Shown here one piece after another: positions 45,456 to 60,169 of a DNA stretch of 64,000 bases. The notes below the pieces were generated by a model. That model saw only the letters and a program-made list of their open reading frames with translations. It was not told where the DNA came from and did not search any database. Within the stretch, counting starts at the first letter, position 1, and every line of letters begins with the position of its first letter. The stretch comes from Rebecca billardiae RCC1528 (lineage: Eukaryota > Protista > Haptophyta), in NCBI GenBank assembly GCA_965240325.2, contig OZ251229.1, forward strand, positions 2,232,001 through 2,296,000. The letters run 5' to 3'. Both the position numbers and the translations under genes were made by a program.

Positions 45456-47879
45456 GGCGCACGGCCCCCCCGAAAGGTCTGAGCGTGAGCGAAAGCCGGG
45501 GGGGGCGGCGCACGTGCTCCGCAAAATCAAAAAAGAGGATGCGCGCAGGATTTGGGGGATTTTTGTAGGTGGATTTAGGTGTGAAATCCGCATTTGACTC
45601 GATATCGCTGCTCATGATTGCGTTTGTACTGCTCCTTAATCCTTGGATAGTAAGTAATAGAAGAAATCGAACTCGAATAGGACAAAGGCACGCTGCGTCT
45701 GCATCTTTCTGATAATTACGGTGGGCCGTTCGTGATTCTCCTGCTGATATACACTTTTGGTTTGCTGATTCCAATTCAAAGAGTAAAGTATCGTCTCCTA
45801 TTATCCTTCTCCTCTGAAGAGAACCACACTTCAGCAAAAACAACGTTTCAGTATCAACGTATTATGGCACGACGTTCGTCATCGCGGCTCGTTTGTCTAT
45901 TGGTACCCGCGAAATGAACCCTGCCAGATCTTCGCCTAATCAAAAACGCCTAGGCACGCGTTTTCGCACCGTTTCGCCGTACCATTTATGAGATTAACTT
46001 ATAATTATACAAACTTACAAAAACGGCGGTTCGCTTCGACCAGAATATATGCGCCCGTGCGGGCGTGGCCGACTAAGTGATATGACCAAATGAGGGAATC
46101 TTACCCGTAAGCGTTATTTGGCGGCCCCGGCACACGCCGAGCGACCGAGGGCGATCGGAGGCTCAAAGCCGAAAAGGCTCTCGTTTTGCGTGCCGGTGCG
46201 CGCGACTCAGCGCAGGTGCGCGCACTGCAGCTGCGGCGGGTCCCAACAGCCGTCGGCATCGCATTCGTGCCTCGCTCACCCCACGCGCCCCGCCCTGCCA
46301 TGCGTCTTCGGCCCAAAGTGTACACCCCGCCCGGCCCGCGGCGTCGGCGCCCGCCGACGAAGTACGTTCACGAACACGGCCATCGGACTGCCGCGCCGCG
46401 CAGGTGACTCGACCTCGAGCGAGCCTGGGGCGTGGAGGCGACCGACGGCGGGGTGCGACTTGCCCACCGACCCGAGCTGCATCACCCAGCGCAGCTTCGC
46501 CCGCGACGATGCTTCGCCTGGCTACCACTGCTCAGCCTCGTTACCCACCGGCTGTGATGGCGACGCTGTCTGTCCGCGCGGCGTGCGGCGGCGCGCAGGC
46601 AGGGAGAGCGGCAGCCGGGCACCGAGCCGCAGGACGAGCTCTTGCTGGAGGACTCGCCCGAGCGCGCGTTCGCGCGCTTGCACACCGCGCTGCGCACCAT
46701 GCACGACCAGCGCGTCCTGCGCTTCTACACGCAGAACGACTCGTCGTGGACGATCGATCACGGGACATTGGCCTGCTGCAGTCGCAGTATCGGCGCACGT
46801 GCTGCACGCGACCTCGCAGCGCGCGTGGCCCGCATTCGAGGGGAAGACGCCGAGGGCGTGCAAGGAGCGGCTGCTGCGGCTGCGGGACATCGTAGACAGG
46901 CTCGAGCCGCGGGACATTGGCCTGCTGCAGTCGCAGTATGCGCTGCTGCACGCGACCTCGCAGCGCGCGTGGCCCGCATTCGAGGGGAAGACGCCGAGGG
47001 CGTGCAAGGAGCGGCTGCTGCGGCTGCGGGACATCGTAGACAGGCTCGAGCCGCGGCTGCTCGCGACGCTCTTCCCCGCCGACGCCGACGACGAGCTGCG
47101 CGAGCTTGTCCGACGCTGCGCCGATCCCGCCGGCGCGCGAGGCTGTGCGAGGCTGACGGACGGGCTGCCGAGCGCGATCTCCTCAGCGCTGCGCGCGGCC
47201 ACAGCAGGGCTGCCCGAAGCGCACCGGGCGGAGGCGCTGCGGCTGCTGCGCGTCGAGTTCGACACGGCCCAGCCCCCCGAGGCCGTCGATCGAGTCCGGA
47301 TTACTCGCGCCCGCGCCTCCTGCACGGCGACGGCGCCGGGCGCGCGCATCGTAGTGATAAATTCACAGTGATTCGGTGAAGAACGCGACAACTACCAGGG
47401 CCGTGCGCCATCAACTTCGTTGTTCACTACCCGAAGGCGAAGATCGGTCGTCGGCTCCTGATACAGGCTACACGGCGCGATTGAATAGTTGATTCAACTG
47501 ATTCAAGGGACGTACATGGTCACATCGGTTCGCGGCAATCTCTATAGCTAGATACGTCATCGCTCCTTGGACCTTGCTGCAATCTCATTGGCCGGAAAAA
47601 TCGCTTATAACGGTTCGTTACGTTAGGGATCCTAAAGGGCGTGAAGTTTTTTGGACGGGCGTCACTCCACGCTTTTACTATGAACTTGCCGTGGGCGCGA
47701 CCTTTTTCGGCCGTGATGCGTGTTAGAGAGGGTCTCAAAATTCGAAACTCGGTCTCCTCCAGCCATGAAAATCGTCCCCCGTCCCTTTTTTCTTGCTCGG
47801 ATCAAAGATCTTTTTGAAACGTGGTTCGGGCCCGCTGGTGCGGGCTCCACGCTGCGCGCTCCGCCCTGCACCGCGGGCC
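45456..47879. mobile_element. Putative non-autonomous element (family Y) carrying coding-like fragments
   Basis: The right end is shared with 33085-33228. Weak TIR GGC(G/C)C(A/G)CGG with AT flanks, AT-rich subterminal arms, and an internal frameshifted fragment with a ~148-bp tandem duplication (46761-47055). Confidence 0.55.
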
Positions 47880-48168
47880 ATAAGCAGTCGTCGTAAGCGC
47901 ATATCGTCGGGGGATTTATCGGCGCGCTAGTACTTAAGTGAGTAGACAGTAGTTATCAATATCATAGTAGTACTCAGGGCTCCCTGGAACAGTAGTACTG
48001 GAAGCAGGCCGGGGCCGCGGGCCGGCTTACTGAAAGTTTTCGACGGCCGTCGTGCCAGTCTGCGCCGGCACAAACCAGAGTCCAGAATGCTGATCATTGC
48101 GTCTTATAGTTAGGACGTCTCTTAGGAGGCATAGCTGCTGACTGTCTGTCTGTCATCCTAATCATTGA

Positions 48169-50226
48169 TCATTCTCCAAAGACGTCGAGCTTCTTGAGGC
48201 CTTTGAGCTGCGAGACGTACTGGTACGGCGTCAGCGTCGACGTGGAGCCCAAGAGCACCTCGCGTTGGTGCGTCTGCGCGCGCGCAGGGACGCCAGGCAA
48301 GACGCGCGGCTGGGGAGTCAGCGGCCGGCCCGCCACTGGGGGTTCCGCCGCACCACGCCGCGCCGCGCCGCGCGCGTTCGGCGCGTGCGCGCACCTTTGT
48401 CAGCTCGTACGCACACTTGAGCTCGCTGTACGCCACGCCCCCGATCATGAAGACAACGAGGCGCGGGCCGAGCGTCGCGCCCTCCTCCTTCTTCTGCCGC
48501 CCTCGCGATGCCCAGCTCGGCTCCGGCACCCCGACCGCGCGCCGCGCCTCGAGCGAGACGTCAGCGGGTGAGATGCCGCCGAGGCTCGGCCCGGGCCGGT
48601 CCTTAACATAGGGAAAGTCCGCTGCCGACGCCGCGCCCGTGAGCGCCGCCTCCATGGCCGGCTTGATGCGCGGGGTGTATCGCGAGAGGTCGTAGCTCGC
48701 CGCGCTCTCCTCCTTCGCCTTGCTCGCCGGCTTCCGCCGCGGCGCCGTCTTGCTCGCGCCGCGCAGCAGCGTGACCCCGAGGAACTTGAGGTTCACGAGC
48801 GCCGTCTGGTCTTCGGGCGAGAGGCCGGCCGCCTCGATCAGCCGCTTGCGGTCGTCGTCGCGGATGCCCTCCTGCGTGATGATGTACGCCATGAGCAGCC
48901 TGATCTTGTCCATCGGCGAGATGTCACGGCGCAGCATCCCGTGCAGGTCCTCGACCAGCGCGGGTCCCTTCACCTCGCGCCCTGCGCGCGCGCGAGCGAG
49001 GGCGCGCGCGCGGCGGCGCGATATGAGGCGGCGGCGAGGCGCGCGGGGCGCGGACACGGCGCGCGCGCACGCGCACCGTCGGAGTCCTCGCCCACGGCCA
49101 TGTTTTGCTCGAGCGTGGAGACCGCCTCGAGCTGGTACTGCTTGAACCGCGCCATCAGCTCGCGCGTCAGCGAGATGTGCAGCGAGTACCGCTGCATCTC
49201 CTCCTGGTACTGCGGCATGCCACGCAGCGCATCTGACATCTCCTTGAGGCCGACGCCCTCCTTGCCCTTGTTCAGCTTGGTGGCGCTCTGGTTGGCCTGG
49301 AGGAACTGGTTGAAGTTGGAGGTGAGGTACTCGATGCAGTCCGCGATGTGCAGGTGCCGCAGCGTCGGCCACAGCGGGTCCGTCTCGTTGAGCAGCACCT
49401 CCTTCTTGAGCTCCTCGCCGCGGTTCGACGTGTAGCGGTACGAGTAGCGCTCTCCATCCGCGACTGGCAGCAAGTCCTGGATCATCGCCTGGTACGAGTA
49501 CTCGTGCAGCACAGGCGCGAGCGGGTCGAGCGTGCGGTCGACGATCAGCAGCGTCGGCCGCTCGCTCGCCCGCCCCTTCGAGAACAGCGCCGTCGCCGCG
49601 CTGAGCCGCTCGAGCTTGTCCTGCACGAGCTGCGCGACCGTCTGAGCGCACGGGTGGCCCTTGGCCGCGAATCGGATGTACGGCATCTGGCCGTACATCG
49701 CGAAGAGCGTGGCGAGCTTGTCCGCGATGCGGTGCTGCGCCGGCACCGCCGCCGTCGTGCCCGGCGTGTAGATCGCGCCGAGCGTGTCCGGCACCTCGAG
49801 CGAGAACGCCTGCGCCTCGGTCGCCACGTATTCAAAGTTGAGCTCCTGGAACGTCTTGACGCGCGCGACGACGGCCGCGGCCTTGATCTTGGCGAGCAGC
49901 GCGTCGGGGAGGTGCGAGGTGAACAGCACGTGCACCTCCCCGTACATCGGATTCCTCGGGTCGGCGAAGTCGGCGATCATCGCGTTCACGCTCTCGACGG
50001 TCGGCGTGATCAGGTAGACGGCCGGGAAGTTGCGCAGCGGCTGGCGGGAGGTCTCGAGGGCCTCGACGAGGGTGATGCCCTCCTCGGTGATCTCCGAGAC
50101 GCGGAGCACGCTCGAGATCGCGCGCAGCGCCAGCTTGTCGCACAGCAGCACGCCAGGCGCGCCGAGGTGCAGCGACTTGAGCACATCAAGGATCCGCCCG
50201 CGCGTCTGCGAGCGCAGCCCGCGCAT
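48169..50226 (-). CDS. SEC1: Sec1/Munc18 family protein, two introns
   Basis: RQPL..FPAVYLITP, LLIVDRTLDPLAPVLHEYSYQAM, WPTLRHLHIA, YDLSRYTP, VVFMIGGVAYSE. Confidence 0.93.
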
Positions 50227-50557
50227 TGTGAGGTAGTGCGGCCGAGGGGACGATAGACCACCAATCGGCGGAGGGCTCGGCGCCGAGTCACTCTCGACCG
50301 AGGCCTCGCGCAGCACCTTGTAGCCCGACGTCGCGGCTCGACACGGCCGGGGCGCGCGGCCAAGCCGGAGGGCGGCGGCGGCGGCGGGTGAAGACGCCGC
50401 TGCTTCGTTCGATCGGCGCCTGGGGAGGCACGATGGCGGCCGAGCTTCACCGTCACCGGTCCCTGCTAAACTTTAGTTACTGCTGACTGTCTAACCCTAA
50501 TTGTCACTGTCAGACGACTGTCAGCATGACTCGCGTCGCGCCGCGCGGCCCGCATCA

Positions 50558-53500
50558 TCACGTGTAATAGCTCAGCTGCTTCGTATGCTGCGAGCGTGCC
50601 GCCTCGCCGAACTGCTCGTTCCACCGGTACAGCTCCTCGACCGCGGCCGACTGCCGCGAGAGGCTCGGCGCGATCACGAGCTCCTGGCCCACGACGCCGT
50701 CGCGGAAGAAGTCCGACATGCGGATGGGCCGGAGCGCGGGCGACGCACGCGCCGTCGGCGGCGCTGGCGAGCGCACAGCCGCGTCCGCCTCGGCCGCCGG
50801 GGCAGCCGCGACCGCAGCCGGCTGCTCCGCCGCGCGGGCAGCCGCGGCCGGAGCCGCCTGCAGGTCGGCCGCCGCCGCGCCTCCCGCCGCGCGCTCGTCG
50901 CTCAGCAGGTCGCGAATCGGCTGGTGCGCCGCGCGCACGCACAGCGCCTTGAGGTCGGAGCCAGAGTACCCCTCCGCGCGCGCCGCGAGCTGCTCGAGCG
51001 AGACGCTCGCGTCGAGATCCTCGTCGTGCAGCAGCAGGCTCAGGATCTGCAGCCTTGCGCGCCGCTCGGGCAGCGGCACGAGGATGCGCCGCGGCAGCCG
51101 GCGCAGGATGGCGTCGTCAAGGTCAAACGGCCGGTTGGTCGCGGCGAGCACGACCACCTGCTCCCACTCGCGCGTGCGCAGGCCGTCCCAGTGCAGCATG
51201 AACTCGTTCTTCAGCTCGCGCACCGCCGGCTGCTCGTCCGAGTTGCCCCGAGCGTGCAGCATCGAATCCACCTGCGCGCGCGCGCGCGTGCGGTGCGGAC
51301 GAGGGCGGCGAGACGGTGATCAGCCAGAGATCCAGAATCGAATAAAGAAAAAAAGGCGGAATAAGAAATCGCCGCGGCGGTGCGGCGCCCCGGCGTGCGC
51401 TTCGAGAGGTGCGGCGCAGCGCGGGCGCTGGGGCCGGCGCGCGGGCCGCGGCGCGCACCTCGTCGATGAAGAGCACCGCGGGGGCGAGCTTCGCGCACAG
51501 CGTGAACACGGCGCGCACGTACTTGTTGCTCTCGCCCAGCCACTTGGACATGATGGTGCTCAGCGTGAGCTGTGCGCGCGCACCGCGCGAGACACGACGA
51601 CGGCCGCGTCCGCAGCACGCGCGCGCGGGGCCGCATGCGCGTCAGCGCTCGAGCGCGCGGGCCCGCGGCCCGGCCGCGGCGCGACGCAGCGCGTGGGTGA
51701 CGTGCATGCGACGCACCTGCAGGAAGCTCGCGTGCGCCTCCGACGCGACCGCCTTCGCCAGCATCGTCTTGCCCGTGCCCGGCGGCCCAAACAGTAAAAC
51801 GCCCTTAGTCGGTGTCGTGAGGTTGCCTCTGCTGAACAGCTCGGGCCGGAGCAGCGGCAGGGTGACCACCTCGCGGAGGGTCTGCTTCGCCTCGTCGAGG
51901 GTGGCGATGTCCGCCCAGCCCACGCCCACCTCCCCCGGCGGCACCACCGATGCGAGCAGCGACTCCTCGAAGCGGTCGCTCACCTCGACCAGCCGCGGCG
52001 CGCGCTCGCGCCGCCGTGAGCACGCCGCTGCGTCACGCGCGCCCGCCTGCAGATGGGTGTGCGCCAGCACGAGCGGCGGCGCCGCGGTGGGCTCGGGGGG
52101 CGGGCCGGCGGGGCGCCGGGCGCACGCCAGCGCGAGGCACTCGGCGTCGACGGCGCCGTCGTCGCTCGAGCCGCGCGGCGAGCACGGCCCGGCGAGCGCG
52201 CCGCCCGCATCGGCGCCGCCAGCGTCATCGCCTCCGTCCTCGCTCGAGCGCCGGGCACGCGTCGTGGCAGTTGTCCTGCCCGCGTCAGGCGCACGGTCGG
52301 CGGCTGGCGCGGAGCACGCGCGCGGCACTTCGGCCGACGGCGCGTCGGCCGGCCCGCCGTGCGCGTGCTGCGCGAGCAGGTAGTCCCCCACCGCCCACGC
52401 CAGCACGTGGCACATCTCCTCCTCCGAGCGTATTGCCGCGCCCGCGCCGTCGGCCGCGCCCAGCTGCCGCTCGAGCTCGCTCAGGTCGACTGGCAGGCCG
52501 TGCTGCGCGCACACGCGGCCGAGGGCCTTGCGCTCAGCGTCAGCGCAGAGAGCGCGCTCGTCGTGCCGCATCTGGGCGAGCCATGACGCGCGACGCACGC
52601 CGGCGGGCGGCTCGAGCGGCACGACCGCCGCGAAGCCTCGAACACCGCCAGCGCTGAGCGCGTGCGCGCGAGGCGGCGCCGGCTCGCCCTCGTCCGGCGT
52701 CGACGCGCCGTCGGCGCCGGCGTGCGCGGCTGCGTGCGCGTCGGGGTGCGGCTCGGGCTCGGCGTCCTCCGCACACTCGCTCGCGCCCGTCGGCGAGCCC
52801 GAGCCTCGCGGGTCGGCCGCGGCGAGGAGGTCGGTGAGTGCATCCTCCGACCGACTGCGCTCGGCGCCTCTCGCGAGCACGCCGACCACGCGCGGCGGGT
52901 GCGTGGCGGGCTGGCTCGTCGCGAGGCCGATGACGACGACGGGGAGGCGGCGCGCGCTCAGCTGGCTCAGCTCGCGCTCCAGATGCGCGCGGGCCTCGCG
53001 CTCGCGAGCGAGCGCGTGCGCGTCCTGCACCACGAGCACCGTCGGCTGATGCTCGTGCGCGGCGATGCCGAACGCAGCCTCAGTGAGCAGTGCGTCCAGG
53101 GCAGCGGGCGCGACCAGCGCGACGAGCGACGAGAGCAGCGTGCTCGGGAGGCGCTGCCCGCCCGAGGCCTCGTCGCCGAACTGCCGCCGAAGCCAGCGGC
53201 TCACGTGCGAGCGCTGCCGGTCCAGCACGACCACGCGCATGCCGAACTCGGCGGCGAGGCCGAGCACCAGCTGCTCTTGGGCCGCCCTCGCGCCCGGCGG
53301 CGCCTCGAGCAGCAGGTGGCTCAGGTTGGGCAGCCGGCTGGTGATGGGCAGCGCCTTGGCGCGGCCGAGCGCGTAGGCGAAGGACGCGCGCAGCTGGTGC
53401 AGCGTGGTGTCACTGCGCGAGCGGGCGGGCGCGGGGCGGCCGGCCGATGGGATGCGAGCACGTCAGGGCGCCGTGCGCACGCGCGCCCAGCGCGCGCGGC

Positions 53501-53781
53501 GTTGCCGATCCGCACCTGACCGGATAGCGCGGCCGGAGCGAGGTGGACGCCTGCATCTGCTTCGTGTCGCGCTCGGCGTGCTGCACCAGCTGCTGCATGC
53601 ACACCGCGATCAGAAGCTGCCGCAGCCAAGCGACGTACAACACGACCGGGAAGTGCTGGCACACGACGGTCGCCACGTCCAGCCAGAGCGGGCGGCTGGC
53701 CAGCGCGGCGATGCGCTTCTCGCAGGTGCGCACGAGCGCCCACAGACGGTCGACGGGCGGAGCCAAGGCGTCGGCACCCAT
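50558..53781 (-). CDS. AAA+ ATPase (MSP1/ATAD1/spastin-like), spliced
   Basis: GVLLFGPPGTGKT (Walker A), VLFIDE (Walker B), KNEFMLHWDGL, AATNRPFDLD. Start uncertain. Confidence 0.88.
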
Positions 53782-54068
53782 GGCGGGCTCGTCCACCTCC
53801 GACCAAGCGGAAGCGCTGGGATTGAGACGCCCTGTGTTCAAGCGGACGCCGCCGCCGCCATCGCTGGACCACCGCTTGGAGCTTCTTGACTGCTGTCTGC
53901 TGATCCGGGGTCCGGCTGCTGGTTCCGCTTGCGGACGCACGGCGCTCGTCTTCTCCGCGCTTGGCCGCGTGTCGGCGGCAGCGACGCCCACAGGCACACG
54001 CCGTGGGCAGTGGGCTGTCGTGTCACGCGTGTGGATTGTCGTGCTATCACAACCACATCCAACCATCC

Positions 54069-54861
<793 letters not shown>

Positions 54862-56986
54862 GCAGGCCGGCTGAGTAGTGAGTGGCATCGCGCAGGTGTG
54901 AAGTGACAAGCGCGCGCAGCCGGATCGGATACATGTGATGACTCTTAGGACGGTCTTAACTTTGACTCGCGTCACCGACTCTGAGCAGAGATTGCTGCTC
55001 CGATTTGCGCGTCACCCGGAGAATATCTAGCGCAAGCAATATAATATATAATAGCTGCTAGATAGCCGGCCTGGCTAACCGTGTTGTCTGTTCTGTTGAC
55101 CATGCCGACGTCATAGGGGGTCCAAGCCGCGGAATTAAAAATCGAAAATCGACTGCCCGATTTCGCGGTGACCATTTCCGAACATTGTTGCCTCGAATTG
55201 CGGCAGCACGGGCCGCGGCCGTTCAGAGCACGGTCGAGCCCGAGATCGGGCGAGTAGCACGCCTGGGCGGTGGACTTCATCGTCGCGTCGGCGCGGCGGA
55301 GCGCGCTCTGGCGTCAGAGGCGCGCGGGCGGGCGAGTCAGGGTGGCCACCATGACAGCGGTCGACCAAATGATCGCTGGCAGCTCGCTCTCACCGGACAT
55401 CTTGAACCTCACAGCCCCGCTCTGCGCGCCGTTCGAACTCTCATCCGGATGAGCGCGGACAACGCAGCCCCGCTTTCAGGTGAAGCGTGCACGCTGCGCG
55501 CTGGTTTACACCTGGTTTAGCTTGTCCATGATGAGCATGAATGACCCCCCGGCGCTCGGCCTGGTGCGTGCAGTGCTCACCTCCCCACGCGCTGCGCATG
55601 CACTCGCGCGATCGCTGGCCGCTCGTTCGCAAACGGGAGTGCGCGGCAGTCGTGGGTGGTAAGCAAGCTGGCGACCCTGTGTACGTGCGGGGCCTGTCTT
55701 CCAGCTCACAGTAGTACCGCCAGAAGCTCCAGCTGGCACGCGTCGGCTTGTTTGTTGTGCCACTTGGCGTGCCGCTTGGCTGCATGCAGCAGCCGAGCTG
55801 CGCTGACGCGAAGAACGTGCACCTTGTCACGAACGTCAAGCTTGCTGCGGAGCAAACGCGCGCCGCCAAGCTCCGCTATGACCGCTGCCACATCTGCACA
55901 CCGTGTCTTCGTCTCGGGAGTGCCTGCGCCACTGTTGGCGGCCGTCTTGGAGCAGCGCGCGGACTGCATGATGCTCGGGGCAGGAGTGCTGCTGGGCGCG
56001 GCAGTGGAGGCAGAGAGCTCAACGCTCGCCACCGAGCAGCTCGCAGAGTCAGAGGTAAGCTGGAGCAGCCTCGACTGCAAGCGGTGTAGCCGCAGCAGAG
56101 GTGGACCGGCGGCGGCCTCGCGTGGGCTGGGGTACGACGAACGGCGACGGTGCCTGTGACACCTGAGTACGGGCAAGGAAGCCGCCCGGCACATGGCGAG
56201 CTAGTCTGCGCACGCCAGCCTCGACGGCGGAGAGGACTCTCATGCCGGGATGGTGGCGGCATGTTCAGTGGCGGAGTTGGCCGTGTGCCGCAGCACGTGC
56301 AGCCCGCCACCGGCATCAGGCCCGCGTTCGCGGGCCGGCACTCACTGATGTGCTGAGTCCAGTGGCATGAGCCGTCTCGGCGCCGCCGTACTCCGTATTC
56401 GGATGACCCAGCAAGTAGTGAGCAAGGTACCCATGTATAGGCACTCACTTGAATACATATGGCAAATTAACCGCATTCTATATATAGTGGGTAACATGGC
56501 GCTTATGTGCGGGTAAATTCCCATAATCGAATGGGCCAATGTGCTCGATCTTGGAGTAGTTTTTCATGGACGTCTACGCGCACAGTATTGTGCCCCACTT
56601 TTTCGGTATTTTCACCATAAAATCCTTTGGATAGAGGGCAGCGCTTGTCAATAAGTAAGTCCGACCGCGTATCGTCATCTAGCTGCCATGACAAGTAGGT
56701 AACATTCGGCTGAATCTCTATGTGACACAGCGGGCGCCGCTGCGTGCGCGCGCGACCGCGCGACGACACGCGGAGTCGGTTTTTAGTGCTTCTGGCGGCT
56801 GGGCTGGGCTCTGGGACATATTTGAGGGTGACTCCGCAAGCGTCACGCTCATCAGACGCCTACATGGCATGGTTGTCAAATATCACCAATCGGTGGGCTG
56901 CTGGCTTGGACCCCCTACGGCGACGACACTGTCGACAGCCTCTGCTGGCTCTGCGCCTGCGGACAGCGTCGCGGAGTCCGTGAAAC

Positions 56987-57100
56987 AATAATAATAATTT
57001 ATAATATATATATGAGTATTATTATAAATTATAAATGATAATATAATAATAATGATGGTATACATATATATTAATAATGAATATATTTTAATGATGATGG
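56987..57100. repeat. AT-rich low-complexity tract
   Basis: Almost pure A/T in a high-GC background. Confidence 0.85.
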
Positions 57101-59450
57101 CACTCATCTAATACGCCGCGTTTCTGAAAGGCTTGGCTTGCGAGCCGGCGAGATCGACACGCGGAGGACAAAAGAAAATCATATTCCTGCTTCGTCGCAC
57201 CAATAGACTAAACGAAGATCGGACGGAGATCGTGGTCTTCAGATGCAAGACCTGGAAGCCCCCCTTGGGAGTTTTCAGTTGGGGCTCTCAACGCGGCCCG
57301 GCGAGGCGGACTTCTTAGGATTCTGAGGATCCTAGAGCACGGGCGGCCGGCGGGCGAGCACACGACGCCGCCCTGCGGCGGGGAGCCGTCCGCGCCGTGC
57401 ACGCTCACTGGCACCCACGTCTCCTCCGCCGCGCTGCTCGCCTCCCGTCCACGTCGTCTGACCGACGCCCGTCGGCACGTGACGTTCACGTTGCCCACGT
57501 CGCGCTCTCAGTGGGAGCGCGACGAGCACGCCGCTGCCCGCACCCTTCGATGCTTTCCTCTTCGCATCGGGCGCGCTCGTGCTGTGGAGCCTGCGCGTGC
57601 AGGAGGAGGAGCTCTTTCTCAATCAACGTCGTGCGCGCCCGCCTTCATTCACGCTGCGCCGCGCGGAGGGGGAGAGCGCGCGCGGCTGGGCGCCCGCTCG
57701 GCCGGCTGCTGGGCTCGCGCAAGTCGGAAGTTCCGGCGCTCGACCTGACGCTCCCCAGCGAGGAGGCCGAACAGATGGATGTCCCAGCTGCGGCTCACTG
57801 TGAGAGCAGCTTGTGGGAGCGGGCTCCTGCACGGCACGGTTTGTAAACAAGGTTGTCGACGCCCAGGGTGGGCTGGCTGCGGTGAAGCTCAGGGCGTCCA
57901 CCGACACCAGCGCAGCCAGGCGTGAGGCCCGCCTTCTCAGGAAGCACAGGTACGCGTCCAAGGCGTTGCCTGGATGCAGCATGCAGCTCACGAGTGCGGC
58001 CTCGTCGCCCGCCGCACGGTGCGCCGTTCTACGCGGCCATGAACTCGTACGGAGGCACTCGCGGCGTACGCGGGTACGGTGGGGAGGGCAAGCACAGACT
58101 ATGGAATTGTCATGTCTTATCACTCTGGCATCGAATCCAAGGTCAGCCCGGGCAGCACGCTCGCGGCAGTGCACGCCGCTGGGTTCACCAAATCGGCCGA
58201 GGCCCGTGCAGACTCGTGACGATGCCGAGTTGGCGAGTTATTGCAGCGCCGGTGCGCACGGCGCCCCGCGTCAAAGGGAATTGAGTCAAAGGCCCGACGA
58301 CTCTTGGGAGCTTGGCACTAGACGGACGACAGCGCGGTGGGCGTCGTCGTCACTCTGCTGCCCGCCAGTCACTCAATATATAGATGACGATCATCATCAG
58401 AGCATGCAGTCACCGCGTGTCGAACTATCGCGATTGGCGAGTGCCGCCGCCGGACCAGACTCATGTCCCATCACGGGATTACGGTGCCGCATCACGTCTC
58501 GGACGGATACTCGGATCTAGCAGTAGCAATAGCGCCAGCAATTCATCTACGACTTCTAGCGCCGGTCCGACCGGCGGCGGAGACGTTCCGCCGGCGGCGA
58601 CAGAAGTGGTGACGCCGCCCGCACTGATGGCGCAGCGCCCGGATCTGACACTGACTTCTGAGTCGGACTCGGATCGGGATGAGGAATTCAGGAAGTAGGT
58701 GAACAACGACGAGTAATAATAACGGGCTAACAAGTGCGCGCGCGGGCCCGACGTCGGATGAGTCGTCGGAACGAATAGGCGGAATAACGTCCTGGAATCG
58801 GCACGACTCGGCGGCGCGCCACGGCCCGCCGGTACTACTACACGGTCCGATAGTTATACCGCCGTTATTATAGCAGTACGTACGCGGCCGTATAGTCGAC
58901 GACCGGTAGTCGTCGTCGCCGAGCGATCATTCGCGGCGAATCAACACGCGCGGCTCACCGCCCGGCAAAACAAGCGTTGCACTCCACGCTGTGATCCTCT
59001 GGCCCGGTCTTGAGGACGTCGCCGCATAACTCCATCAGCTCAAATGCGACCTGCGGGAGGTGAAAACGGCACATGCCGCGGACGCCAGGCCCGAACGACA
59101 TGATGAGCTTGCCCGCCGCGGACCGGCCCGCCACCACCCTTTTGATGTGCATCCGGCCGATCGACTGCGCAGCGAGTCTGGCCACGCAGAGGCAGCGTCG
59201 TGAAAGGCGTCGCCATCGTCTTCATCCATGTCACCGTCACCGTCGCAAGAGCCGTGGTGAGCGCCTATAGGAAGGCCGGCGACCCCAACCTGCGGCGCGA
59301 CGCAAGCCCGGCGGGCCTGCCGTGTACAGTACAGTGGCCGGGCCCGCATCACAGAGCTGCAGTGTTGGTCGGCTGGAGTTGAATACGATGCCTGGTCTTT
59401 CAGCCCATCTTCCAATCCCCAATCCCACTTGAGTTGCGACCATCGCCAGC

Positions 59451-60169
59451 CCAAGGGCCGTAAGGGCACCCAACTCCCAGTGCGGAGGTTGGGGCGCCTC
59501 TGTTGTGCTCGCCTCCGTGAGTGCCCGCGGTGAGTGGCCCGTCGCCGAAGACGCGGGAGGCGAGGGTGCGGGCATGACGGGGCGCCGCGGCGGGCGGCGC
59601 GCGGCGGGCGGCGCGCGGCGGGCGAGGCGGACAGTGCTGATGGCGAGGCGGAGGTGGAGGCGGAGGTGGGGGCGAGCCGAGCGCAGCTCGGCTGAGGCCA
59701 CCGGACGCGCGACGAGTCGAGCAGCCGACCGCCGGGAACGGAAGTGAGTCAGGCGGACATGGAGGCTGCCCGTAGGGGCCTACAAGCCAAAGTGCGGGCG
59801 GGCGCCCACGCTTGCCCCTGCGTGCCCGGTGCAAGCAGCCCGAGCGCTCCGTTTGCTGCTGGCGCGCACGGCACGAGTGAGCTCGCGCGCCGCGTTGGCA
59901 ACTGCCGATTGCACGGGCCGAGAGGCGAAAGAGGCGAGCCTGGCGGACTCACGCGCGTGTCAGGAGAGCCTTGACCCGCGCCGCTCAGCGGCGAGCCGTC
60001 CGGGTTCGGCATCGCCGCCAGTCATCCAGGCAGAGCGCTCGACGTCGCGCCCTCGCGCAGCGTTTGAAGCACGCCGGCCGGACGCGAGTCGCGAGGCCAC
60101 GAGACAGACAGAGGCACCTCAACCTCCGAGCTGGCCGCACTGGGAGTTGGGTACCCTTACGGCCCTTGG
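59451..60169. repeat. Imperfect inverted repeat (59451-59502 vs 60108-60169)
   Basis: CCAAGGGCCGTAAGGGCACCCAACTCCCAGTGCGG... and its reverse complement, with one indel. Confidence 0.8.

Noticed and set aside
53782-54066. N-terminal extension of the AAA gene to the ATG at 54066
   Set aside because: It would start 3 bp from the divergent E2 ATG, so it is more likely promoter/UTR.
55135-56990. Several 100-190 aa ORFs
   Set aside because: They have no domain motifs or consistent coding signal, so they are left unannotated.
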